The translations under genes were made by a program, and so were the position numbers. The notes beneath the pieces are model-generated. The model ran no database searches, was not told the origin of the DNA, and saw nothing but the letters and a program-made list of their open reading frames with translations. Source: Glycera tridactyla (Eukaryota). From it: a DNA stretch of 64,000 bases. The DNA lies in NCBI GenBank assembly GCA_965644265.1, contig OZ286464.1, forward strand, positions 13,268,001 to 13,332,000, read 5' to 3'. Positions 11,556 through 21,814 of this stretch are shown here, piece after piece. Positions within the stretch are counted from its first letter, which is position 1. Each line of letters opens with the position of its first letter.

Positions 11556-12477
11556 CATGGTGAATCTATGGTAAGATATCCAAATCATAACAGAATAACA
11601 TCCCATCATTATTCTTCAGGTTGTTCTCCAGGGAATGTACTGTTCTCTTTTCTTGACGTTGGAAGTTAAAATGTAAGGTGCTAGCAGCTAATGGGGCTCA
11701 CAGCAATCTGTTGCCCTATACCCCTACCCAGGTGGCTGCTGCCACCTTGTGTTACCTTTTTTAACACTATGTGGCAGCAGGCACAGGAGCTCCATGGTTC
11801 ATGATGGGGGAATTCAGACACTAGATGGTAGCAACTATTGGAGGTTCATCATCATCTGAAGAGCTATACACCAAACCAGGGGCTGCTGCCCCCTGTGTTG
11901 ATTTTTTGTAGTGGTACTTCATCATTGTACACTATGTGGCAGCAGCCACTAGAACTACATGGAAATCTGCTGGTCTATACCCCAAATGACTGGTTACCGT
12001 CTCCATGTAGCAACAAACATGGTGAATCTATGGTAAGATATCCAAATCATAACAGAATAACATCCCATCATTATTCTTCAGGTTGTTCTCCAGGGAATGT
12101 ACTGTTCTCTTTTCTTGACGTTGGAAGTTAAAATGTAAGGTGCTAGCAGCTAATGGGGGCTCACAGCAATCTGTTGCCCTATACCCCTACCCAGAAGGCT
12201 GCTGCCACCTTGTGTTACCTTTTTAACACTATGTGGCAGCAGGCACAGGAGCTCCATGGTTCATGATGGGGGAATTCAGACACTAGATGGTAGCAACTAT
12301 TGGAGGTTCATCATCATCTGAAGAGCTATACACCAAACCAGGGGCTGCTGCCCCCCTGTGTTGATTTTTTGTAGTGGTACTTCATCATTGTACACTATGT
12401 GGCAGCAGCCACTAGAACTACATGGAAATCTGCTGGTCTATACCCCAAATGACTGGTTACTGTCTCCATGTAGCAAC
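11556..12477 (+). repeat. Near-identical tandem duplication, 462 bp unit
   Basis: CATGGTGAATCTATGGTAAGATATCC starts at 11556 and 12018; internal subrepeats such as ACACTATGTGGCAGCAG. Confidence 0.95.
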
Positions 12478-13155
12478 TGCTGGGATGAGACAGAATCATT
12501 GATACTATCCTATCCCAATTGTTGACTGGTTAACAGCTGCTATAATAAGCCATCTCTACGACCCAAATTTAGGCTAGACAGAGTGCTAAGCTGTGCTCAC
12601 CAGTAAGCTTGCTTACTGGTATGATGGTTTGGTTGATTGAGTGCATACATAATTGTATTATATCTATCTCAATAGCATGAGAACTGGATATACCTAGTTT
12701 GAAGCCATACTCTAGCCTGAGTCTTGCTGTTAGATTGTTTGTTCATCACCTGCTGGAATGGTTTGCAGATTTCACTTATGATTACCTCAGGTTTATTGTT
12801 ATCCCTTGAATTATAGTAATTTGACTGTTTTGGGTTACTGATTAGGCTGTACATATTATCTAATATCTAGTTAATCAGAATTGGTTGATTGGTTGCTGTC
12901 TCATGTTCTATGAGACTGCATGGGAGATATCACACAAGACTGATCCTTCTTGGTGCCAAATGAGAAACGTACAACACATCTGCTTCATGGGAATATCTGT
13001 CTGGGTGTCAGTTTGTGTGTGTTTTTCTGTGGTTGTGTGCACAAATTAGTTGGTTCTCTAAATGAAACTCACTGAGGTTTCTTGATCATAAGTTCTGGTA
13101 AGCTTTTGAAGAAAGTCTGTTAGAAATAGTGTGCAAAAATTCATGAAAGAGAGAA

Positions 13156-16100
13156 ATGGCAACCTTGGGATTGTCTTTACCTGTTATAAACCAAGTACAT
13201 GCATTAAATAACAGAATAACCGAATTGTTATTCAGACCAAAAGAGAGATATGACGGTGTGGAAGATACCCTCCAGTTTTTGTATAAAGATACTTTGTTGA
13301 TTTTGAGATATTATTTTGATAATTATACATTCTTCAAATTTCAGTTAGCATGCCATATCAAAATGAAGAAATATAGAATAGAGACTGATGATTACCTGAT
13401 AATAAGACCATGGTTTGTAAGTAATATGCGCTCCATCTTCAGTATTAGATATTTCAAGAAAATTGTCAAGAAATCCCTGAGCCAGATAATGGGTTATTAT
13501 GATGCATTTGTGCATTATGGATCAAACTGGGAGTTCGAGAGGGTATTAGAGCTCAAGTTGACTCTTATGAAAATTAAACCCTTGGCAGGGGGTTGTGGTA
13601 AAGGATTTGTACCAAAGTTCATTCGAAACAAATTTTGTACAGTCAGCGTACATTGCAAAGACAATATGTGTTTTCTGTACTCCATTTTAGCAGCTCTGCA
13701 TCCTGTCCATGCACATAAATACCGGTTATATCATTATAGGAAATATTTGCATGAGTTGAATGTGACAGGTTTGCAGTACCCTGTTCGAATTTCTGACATT
13801 CCAAAATTTGAGCGAAAAAACAATCTCTCAATCAATGTTTTTATAGCTAATCCATCTGGATTTCAGATAAGTCCAGTATATATAACAACTTTTCGTCAGG
13901 CTCAAAAACATGTTAATCTTCTTCTGTCTCTGTCCCATTATTCACTCATAACAAACCTCAGCAGATTACTCGCATCCGTCTATTCATCTAATAGGAAACG
14001 ATCATTTTATTGTCAGTTTTGTTTATCAAAATTCCATTCACAAGTGAGGTGTGATGATCATATTTCTGTGTGTAAAGGTGGAGGTTGTGTTTACAGATTA
14101 CCCACCCAGAAAGCCATCATGAAATTCACTAATTTTCAACATCAAGTGAAACAACCTTTTGTATTATATGTTGATTTTGAAACACAAGTTGTTAAGAAAA
14201 AAACAGACATAACTGGGGTTGGCTCTAAAACAAAGATTCACAAGACTCATGAACCAATCAGTTTTTGTGCTTTTCTTGTTTCAAAGTATCATCAGTTCAC
14301 ACTAAAACCATACATTTATCGAGGGGATCGTTGTATGCGATACTTCTTCCATTACTTAGATATAACATATGACAAAATATGTGGTTGGGTGTCCAGGGAG
14401 AATAGACTGAATATCAAATTTGGTGAGGATGAACAGAAAAGAGCGCAGGAGCAGACCCATTGTTATTTGTGCAAGAAGCTGTTGATAAATGGGTTAATTG
14501 CCAGAGATCATGATCATATTAATGGAACTTTCATTGGTCTGACATGCTTGAGTTGTAATTTGAGATATAATCAGTTACCAATACATCCAAAAGTTGTTGT
14601 CGTTGTGCATAATCTAGAAGGTTTTGATTCACATTTCATACTGACAGGTATTTCAGAGTTTATTTCTGAGAAAAATATATCAATTGTTCCACGAAATACT
14701 CAGAAAGTCCTGAGTTTTCGGGTGAACAACTATGTTTTCATTGATTCTTTCAATTTTCTCCCAACAAGTCTGCAACGTTTAGCTGATAATCTTGCAAGTA
14801 AGGGACAGGAACATTTCCTACTTTCAAAGAGGTTTGTACCTCATAGAGATAGGAATATGTTCACGTTATTGATGAGAAAAGGCGTCTTTCCGTATGACTT
14901 TATCACATCATTGAGTAAGTTTGATATTGCATATTTACCATCAAAAAAGCATTTTTTCAATATTCTAACGCAGAAACATATTTCTGAGGAAGATTATGGA
15001 TATGCACAGAAAGTATGGAACACATTCTCTTGTAGGACTTTGGGCTGTTATCATGACTTGTATATCAGATCGGATGTCTGTATTTTAGCTGATGTATTTG
15101 AGTATTTTAGACAAGTCTCATTACAGACCTATGGTTTAGATCCATTGTATTATTTAACAGGTGCATCATTGTTTTTTGATGCGATGTTAAAAATGACAAG
15201 AGTAAAGTTGGAACTCATGAGGAATCAGGATATGTATCATATGTTTGAGAAGAGTATAAGAGGTGGTGTTTGTTTTGTTGGAACAAAGTATGCTGCAGCA
15301 AATAACAAATATATGTCAACATATAATGAAAAAATCCCATCTTCGTACATTAATTACTCTGACCAGAATAATTTATATGGTGCCTGTTTACAAGAGCATT
15401 TACCATTAAAGGGCTTCAGATTTCTATCAAAGGATGAAATCTCAGAAATTGATATATGCTCAAGTGATAAGGATGTGAACGTAGGTTACTTGTTTGAAGT
15501 GGATCTATGTTATCCAGAGGAATTACATGAGAAGCATGATATTTTCCCCTTGGCACCAGATCACTTGAACTTGAATGAGAAAATGTTATCTTCTTATTCT
15601 AAGCAGCTGTTAATCAAACTTGGGATAAAGTACATACCAACAAGGAAAATTGTTCCAAATTTCTACTTCAAAAGTAAGTATGTTGTTTACCACAAAACCT
15701 TGAAATTCTATGTGCAACACGGTATACGTGTAACAAAAATACATAGGGTCATAGGCTTTTATCAATGTCCCTGGCTTAAGGAATATATAGAGTATAACAC
15801 ATATTTAAGGAAACAAGCCAACAATGATTTCGATAGAGCATTTTATAAAGCAGCAAACAATGTAGTATACGGTAAAACATTAGAACGTGAAGATAACAAA
15901 ATATCAATGAAATTAGTTAGACATGGGCGTACATTTGATCATTATGCAAAAAAACCAAATTTCAAATCTTTACACATTTTCAATAAGAATTTAGTTGGTA
16001 TACAAATGACCAAAGTATTCAGGGATTTATGTAAACCCATATATGTAGGTGTAGTAGTACTGGATATTGCCAAGTATTTCATGTATAAAGTATTGTATGA

Positions 16101-16698
16101 TTATTTTCTTGTTAAGTTCAAGAGGATAAAACTTCTTTACACTGATACAGATAGTTATATATTACAAATTTTCACTGAAGATCTATACCATGATATCAAG
16201 GATGATGCACATATTTTTGATTTTGGGAATTTTCCGAAGTCAACAGAGTTTCATAATTCTGCTACTTTTTTGACCCCTTTATTACTCAAAGATGAATATG
16301 GAGCCGTTTTTCCGAAGGTGATTTCTAGGTTTGTTGGTTTGAGGGCTAAGATGTATGCAATTGAGTTAGATGATGCAAATACAAAAGTTCACAAAACTGC
16401 AAAAGGTGTGAAGCATACCATCATTGAGAGATTGAAGTTTGCAGATTATTTCAATAGTTTGATGAAAAGTAAATTGATGGAACATGAATATTTTGCTCTC
16501 AGGAGTTATGATCATCAAGTGTATACAGTGAAGCAGCAGAAAATTTCTCTCTCACCCTTTGATGATAAGAGGTATCTCTTATCAGATTGTATCAATACAA
16601 TGACACATGGTAATGTAGCTAATAATCCAATGACCTTCTCAATGCTAACAAACCAAAACCCTTCTCAATGCAATACCAGTTCTGTTCACTTTCCATAA
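13156..16698 (+). CDS. polB: Protein-primed family B DNA polymerase (putative terminal protein, vOTU-like, Zn finger, exonuclease with EndoVII insertion, polymerase)
   Basis: ExoI YVDFET, ExoII HNLEGFD, ExoIII YIRSDV; Pol A SDQNNLYG, Pol B KAANNVVYGK, Pol C YTDTDS; insertion CYLC..RDHDH..G..CLSCNL. Confidence 0.97.
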   Translation: MATLGLSLPVINQVHALNNRITELLFRPKERYDGVEDTLQFLYKDTLLILRYYFDNYTFFKFQLACHIKMKKYRIETDDYLIIRPWFVSNMRSIFSIRYFKKIVKKSLSQIMGYYDAFVHYGSNWEFERVLELKLTLMKIKPLAGGCGKGFVPKFIRNKFCTVSVHCKDNMCFLYSILAALHPVHAHKYRLYHYRKYLHELNVTGLQYPVRISDIPKFERKNNLSINVFIANPSGFQISPVYITTFRQAQKHVNLLLSLSHYSLITNLSRLLASVYSSNRKRSFYCQFCLSKFHSQVRCDDHISVCKGGGCVYRLPTQKAIMKFTNFQHQVKQPFVLYVDFETQVVKKKTDITGVGSKTKIHKTHEPISFCAFLVSKYHQFTLKPYIYRGDRCMRYFFHYLDITYDKICGWVSRENRLNIKFGEDEQKRAQEQTHCYLCKKLLINGLIARDHDHINGTFIGLTCLSCNLRYNQLPIHPKVVVVVHNLEGFDSHFILTGISEFISEKNISIVPRNTQKVLSFRVNNYVFIDSFNFLPTSLQRLADNLASKGQEHFLLSKRFVPHRDRNMFTLLMRKGVFPYDFITSLSKFDIAYLPSKKHFFNILTQKHISEEDYGYAQKVWNTFSCRTLGCYHDLYIRSDVCILADVFEYFRQVSLQTYGLDPLYYLTGASLFFDAMLKMTRVKLELMRNQDMYHMFEKSIRGGVCFVGTKYAAANNKYMSTYNEKIPSSYINYSDQNNLYGACLQEHLPLKGFRFLSKDEISEIDICSSDKDVNVGYLFEVDLCYPEELHEKHDIFPLAPDHLNLNEKMLSSYSKQLLIKLGIKYIPTRKIVPNFYFKSKYVVYHKTLKFYVQHGIRVTKIHRVIGFYQCPWLKEYIEYNTYLRKQANNDFDRAFYKAANNVVYGKTLEREDNKISMKLVRHGRTFDHYAKKPNFKSLHIFNKNLVGIQMTKVFRDLCKPIYVGVVVLDIAKYFMYKVLYDYFLVKFKRIKLLYTDTDSYILQIFTEDLYHDIKDDAHIFDFGNFPKSTEFHNSATFLTPLLLKDEYGAVFPKVISRFVGLRAKMYAIELDDANTKVHKTAKGVKHTIIERLKFADYFNSLMKSKLMEHEYFALRSYDHQVYTVKQQKISLSPFDDKRYLLSDCINTMTHGNVANNPMTFSMLTNQNPSQCNTSSVHFP

Positions 16699-16963
16699 TA
16701 CATATACATCATGCACCCACACAAACATCTGTGAGGCCAGGGCTGTAGGAGATGCAAATTATATCCCTTTCAGAGGTGTTTGCTTAATGTGATTTTTGTC
16801 ACTTAGGCATTTTTAATGCATATTTGCATGGTATAATTATGACATGGATTGCTGATAAAACTTCCTGAGATTCAGTGAGAAGTGCAGATCTCATCAGCCT
16901 CTCAAGTTCAACATTAATCGGAGTGGTATTGAAAAATCATTTTGAGATAGATAAGAGGTGAGT

Positions 16964-17242
16964 ATGACTTACAATAAGAAGAATGTTGTTTTTGACCTGA
17001 GTGAAAGTAAACAGCTTGTTATAGGTGTATTCAAAGAGCATATATATTTACACTTGAAAGACAGAAGAAAGTTTAAATTTGTTACTCTGAATCTTAATGA
17101 ATTCAAACATTTAGTTAAGAAGTTGCCAAAGATAAAGCATGTCATAGCTAAGACTTCTGCACATTTAAAAAAAGAAAACGAAAAGGATGAGGAAAAATCA
17201 GAATTAGAATCTGAATCTGAGGAAGAAGAGATGTGGATGTAG
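16964..17242 (+). CDS. PC4/Sub1-like ssDNA-binding protein with acidic tail
   Basis: FDLSESKQLVIGVFKEHIYLHLKD..FVTLNLNEFKHL matches the PC4 pattern FDL..R.V.V..FKG..YIDIR..GISL..EQW..L. Confidence 0.7.
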   Translation: MTYNKKNVVFDLSESKQLVIGVFKEHIYLHLKDRRKFKFVTLNLNEFKHLVKKLPKIKHVIAKTSAHLKKENEKDEEKSELESESEEEEMWM

Positions 17243-17260
17243 GTATGCATATGCCTCACA

Positions 17261-17494
17261 ATGTCTCAATATCTATTTTGTTATGATGTAGGATGTGATT
17301 GTTTATTACATTTTGTCTATAACGAGGGTATGTATGTTGTGTTGGAAAATGCTATAGGATATGCTTTGATTTTACCATTTGAGACAGCTAAATATATTTT
17401 AGCTGTAGATTTCTCAGAAATGACAGAATGGTGTCATTGGTATGAAAAATATAATGAAGTGGATTCTGATACAGATATTTTGGCAGAGAAATAA
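17261..17494 (+). CDS. Hypothetical 77 aa protein
   Basis: ATG-initiated ORF directly after the PC4-like gene on the same strand. Confidence 0.5.
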   Translation: MSQYLFCYDVGCDCLLHFVYNEGMYVVLENAIGYALILPFETAKYILAVDFSEMTEWCHWYEKYNEVDSDTDILAEK

Positions 17495-18379
17495 GATCAT
17501 GAACTTCATGATTTGAAAGTAGTAGGGGAACTACTCGCAATAGCAGTCTTTCTTTTTTTTTTTTTTTTTTTTAGAGAATGATGAGTGCACATGTTGTGTC
17601 TGAGATGATGAATATTACGATGAGTTACTAGTACAGTATCTTCCTCAATGTGCTACAAATTTTGTGCCTTTTTTCCCTGTGTGGGATCCGGGACCTTCAA
17701 CTGATTGTTTGAAGGAGTAGAATAGTCCAATGTATTATCTGCATGTTGTAAAAGGCGACTAAAAGGTATTTTGTTTGCAGTGTTTGCATGTTATATGTGA
17801 TTAATAACTGGCTCCCCATAGATCTATCAGTTTTTTGTTCATGGTTATTGGCTCATTATGGTATTGTGTCAGTGTTCCTTTTGTTTTTGGTTATTCTTAT
17901 CAAAATAATGATTTGAGGAAGTGGCAGGTCTATCAGTTATATTAGTTATTAGTCTGGTGAATGGATTTCTTGTTCTGAGTTTGATTTTGAGATTGTCTAG
18001 ATCAATAAAAGAGGACAATGTTCTAGCTGTGGTGGTGGTGGTTGAACATAATTTGACAGTCAGTTGTTCACTTACGAATGTCAAATTTAGGGTCCATACT
18101 TCATCAAAGATGGTCATTGAGGAGAGAAAATCAAATTTCACATGATTCTGAATATATATCCACAGGAAACTTACATACCAATCATCACAAGAATCCGAAA
18201 GGAATTATAGGGGACACTGATATCAGTGCTCCATTCTGTTAAGTACCTATTAACTCTAGTAGTGAGTGATGATGAAATTACTTATTATTTTCATTATAGT
18301 GCGGAACATATCCTTGCTGAGATCAAGACTTTTCAAATCTCATATCACAGATGTTTGATTTTTCTACAATACATGAAAA

Positions 18380-19060
18380 ATGGATCAATCTATATGTCTT
18401 GTGTTTATAGAAGGTAATATTGGCTCAGGTAAAACAACATTGCTCCATTGGCTCAAACAATCAAGAAACTCATTTGATTGGGAAATCTTTTTTGAAGCAG
18501 CAGATAGATATGATACATTCCAAGATTTTCATCCTCTAGTGACATTTCAGAATGAATACAAGGACTGTGCATGCCTTCAATTACACATATTACAATGTGT
18601 TTTTGATTATTCATTAGAATGTATTAGAAAAGGATTGGAGCAAGGGAGAAAGCTCTTTATCTTTGAGAGATCAATCAAAAGTGTTTTTATCTTCACTCAA
18701 GCAGCTTATCACTTTGGTTGCATATCAGAATTCGAGTATGAATTCATAAAATCAAAGGTACATCAAAAGGAATTGGAGTTTAGAACTATCATCAAAGAGA
18801 TTTGTAATGACAGGGAAATAAAAGAGTTGATTGTATTAATGGATACCAATCATGATGTATGCTATGACAGAGTTGAAAAGCGTGGAACAAATGAAATACA
18901 TATGAAGGATTTTAGAAGGTATCTTTCAATTCTCGAGGCATGTCATGAATTTCATTTCGCACATTTGGATAATGTGAAGTACATTATCAGCGATAAAAAT
19001 TCAGATGTGAAATATTTGCCAACCAAATTTATTGATATTCTTGTTCATGTATTTCAATGA
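18380..19060 (+). CDS. Deoxynucleoside kinase (dNK family)
   Basis: P-loop FIEGNIGSGKTT, FERS motif, lid RVEKRGTNE. Confidence 0.9.
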   Translation: MDQSICLVFIEGNIGSGKTTLLHWLKQSRNSFDWEIFFEAADRYDTFQDFHPLVTFQNEYKDCACLQLHILQCVFDYSLECIRKGLEQGRKLFIFERSIKSVFIFTQAAYHFGCISEFEYEFIKSKVHQKELEFRTIIKEICNDREIKELIVLMDTNHDVCYDRVEKRGTNEIHMKDFRRYLSILEACHEFHFAHLDNVKYIISDKNSDVKYLPTKFIDILVHVFQ

Positions 19061-19207
19061 GTCACATGATAACATGTATGGGAACATGATAAATGTATAT
19101 TATTTACAAAATTGCTAAGTACAGCCTCATCTTACTTCTAATTGTACCTGAGATAGCAAAGGTCATTGGATAGCTTTACTGCATATTGAAATTTATTGAA
19201 ATTCATA

Positions 19208-19537
19208 ATGAATGTTGATAAGAATAACATATTTGAAAGTAGCAACTCTGAGACAGATGCTTCTGAAAGTGAAGCTGAGTCTGGCAAGAGGAAAACTCAA
19301 TATTTTCCACCTAAGCAGACAACTAAAGGTAAGGCTGAAGACTCAACCAAAAAATCTAAGAAGCGTAAACTAGATCGTGTCCAATTCGATTCTGAAGTTT
19401 CCGAAGTTTTGCAAAAAAAGAAGCGAAAGACTCAATCTCCTATCGATACCTTGCGACCTTTTTTAGAACTAAGTACACAGACAATAGCACAGTCAAGAGG
19501 TGCGAAAATAATAGCCTTGATACCAGTTTACAAGTAG
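19208..19537 (+). CDS. Hypothetical basic protein with NLS-like clusters
   Basis: KKSKKRK and KKKRK clusters with an acidic N-terminal patch. Confidence 0.55.
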   Translation: MNVDKNNIFESSNSETDASESEAESGKRKTQYFPPKQTTKGKAEDSTKKSKKRKLDRVQFDSEVSEVLQKKKRKTQSPIDTLRPFLELSTQTIAQSRGAKIIALIPVYK

Positions 19538-19845
19538 ATATAATCTATAAGACAAAATTTCCACCTGCTTTCCATAAGTGTCTCTACCTTTTGTCTCACA
19601 AGTCAGAGTTATTTGTTTTGATCAAAGATATTGTGAAAAAGAAAAAAATTTGTTATTCTTTATCTCAGTTCTTGCAGTTGTTGAGCTTAATGCCAATCAT
19701 TGTTGAGACAATGAAAGCTATCCTGTTGCTTGTGAAGAATCCCCCTCTTAGACTGAAGTCAAATATATCCTATTCAGATAGTGACAGCGATATTTGAAGA
19801 CTGTTATGTATATGTCTTCATCCTTTCATTTATGCTGAACAGATA

Positions 19846-19937
19846 TTCTGAGATGTTGCTGGCTGGTAGATGTTGATTGGATAAAATTGCAAGTAACATT
19901 TTGGAGGCTGCCCTTGAGTGTGTCTGCTTGCATGTTC
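19846..19937 (+). repeat. Intergenic ~95 bp repeat, copy 2
   Basis: Matches 7562-7656. Confidence 0.85.
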
Positions 19938-20061
19938 ACAGGTCAGTTGTAGTCACCACTTGTTTTAGGGAAAAATTTGAAAGTTCATAATATGAACCTG
20001 AACACCGTGTCATCCACTCATTATCAATGATAGATTTTGTTTCAGTCAATGAATTCTGAAG

Positions 20062-20958
20062 ATGCCTTCAAAGTTTTCCAGATCAAGGAGGAAATGTTCA
20101 CGAACCAAACTGAACCCAAATCCAGATGTAATATCTATCTCAGTTTGCAGCATGAGTAAATCGACTCAGACTGATTTCAATTTTGATTCATTTATCAATG
20201 AGATCATTAATCATGGTATTGGTTCTGATTTTTCTATTTTAGAAGTTTGTTCAGATATGTCTGCTTCTGAGTCAATTAGATCACCATGTGGCTCACCTTC
20301 ATCAACCTACCCTGAAGTCGGAGATGAGTCTCACCGAGATCTAAGTACACCACCTCTACCTTCTCAAGGTATGTCTGACATTTCCTTGCAGGAGGATACA
20401 AGAAAACGCTCACTATCTGAAAATTCAGATAGTGAGACTACAAAAAGACAAGCATTAGATTTGCAAGATCAAAACCTCATTCTTGAGCTGTATGATCCAT
20501 TAACAATGGCTTACAGCAAAAGATCCAGATTTATTGTTCAGGCGGCTGAAGACATGGAGCTGACATACCTTCGGGACATTCATATGAAGGAAGTAAAGGC
20601 TCTACAAACTACACGCTACTTAGCAAATCTTGGGGATAATACAGCCCCTGTACCATCAGACATCTCCTACAGCATGTTTCTGTATATGCTGTTCTATGGA
20701 TTTGGCGAGGAGGTTCGCCAAATACTTAAATCAGACCCATTAGCCTTCCATGAACTCTCTACTGAAGCAGTCATAAACAAAGTAATTCACAATAAATCTC
20801 ACGAGCAGAGATTCTATGAAGTTATGAACAAGTTTCTGCTCCCTATTGATAACTTTGAAAAGGAGCTTATCGAAAAGAGCTCATATTTTATGGTTAGGTC
20901 AGCCAACTTCAGATTGCTGGTACTAATAAAATATTATCATGCACACCTTGGGATGTGA
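20062..20958 (+). CDS. Hypothetical 298 aa protein
   Basis: Intact ORF; Ser-rich N-half and a predicted helical C-half. Confidence 0.7.
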   Translation: MPSKFSRSRRKCSRTKLNPNPDVISISVCSMSKSTQTDFNFDSFINEIINHGIGSDFSILEVCSDMSASESIRSPCGSPSSTYPEVGDESHRDLSTPPLPSQGMSDISLQEDTRKRSLSENSDSETTKRQALDLQDQNLILELYDPLTMAYSKRSRFIVQAAEDMELTYLRDIHMKEVKALQTTRYLANLGDNTAPVPSDISYSMFLYMLFYGFGEEVRQILKSDPLAFHELSTEAVINKVIHNKSHEQRFYEVMNKFLLPIDNFEKELIEKSSYFMVRSANFRLLVLIKYYHAHLGM

Positions 20959-21175
20959 GCTCACTGTCACACTAAATCTGTCTGAGAATCTTCTTCTCTA
21001 GTCTCTTTGATCTCAAGCGTGGTTCTCTCCAATGTGAGCCTTTCACCCTATGAAGGTGAGTTGCATGTAAATTGTATGGATTGATTTACTCTTTTATGTC
21101 AATACATTTGAGTTTCAATTCTGAATCTTCTTTTTCAAATTTGAATGCATAGCCGCTTGTGTTGTACCCTTTAGC

Positions 21176-21442
21176 ATGCCATTTTGTATTTGGTGTGGAC
21201 ATGATTGTGATGATTACTCTTTAGTTCCAGGTGAAGGGTTCTGTTGGATATGTTTTTACTTAAGTGAAAAAATTTGTTGCAGGTGCAGGCGACCATTCAA
21301 TAGTGTTAGGAAGTATTTTCCAGATAAAAGCAATAGATGTTTTGCATGTGAGCGCAAATATCGGAAAGAGATCAGAAAAGAGTACCATAAGAAAGTAAAC
21401 ATCAGCAAGAGCGCACACAAAAAGAGTAGATCATGTCATTAA
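21176..21442 (+). CDS. Small Cys-rich putative Zn-binding protein
   Basis: Four CxxC motifs (CIWC, CWIC, CCRC, CFAC) and a basic tail. Confidence 0.7.
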   Translation: MPFCIWCGHDCDDYSLVPGEGFCWICFYLSEKICCRCRRPFNSVRKYFPDKSNRCFACERKYRKEIRKEYHKKVNISKSAHKKSRSCH

Positions 21443-21723
21443 CAACTTGTCTGAACACATTTTTTGGTTGGTGTTGCAAGGGAAGTGAAAGTATGGATCA
21501 TACAATTGAAAGTAAAATTCATACAGAAATTGAGTGTAAATGTTGTACAAACATTGTAATACGAAGTGATGATGATGATGATGGTGATGATGTTGACCAT
21601 GATGTTGACCATGAGCACAGCCACAATAAATGTGAAGATGCTCATGAGAAATTCAATGCAGGTACAGATCTTGAACATCCTGATGAAGGACTTTATGACA
21701 CTGGTGATGAACCCCATGCATGA
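21433..21723 (+). CDS. Small acidic, His-rich protein
   Basis: Overlaps the previous stop; WCC and CKCC motifs, poly-Asp and DHDVDHEH. Confidence 0.55.
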   Translation: MSLTTCLNTFFGWCCKGSESMDHTIESKIHTEIECKCCTNIVIRSDDDDDGDDVDHDVDHEHSHNKCEDAHEKFNAGTDLEHPDEGLYDTGDEPHA

Positions 21724-21814
21724 TGTCACTGATGTTAGAAAAAGGTGGCACACTTATGAAGTATATAATCTATAAATACTCAATGAGGATAAGATTTTCT
21801 TAGAAATTTCATAA

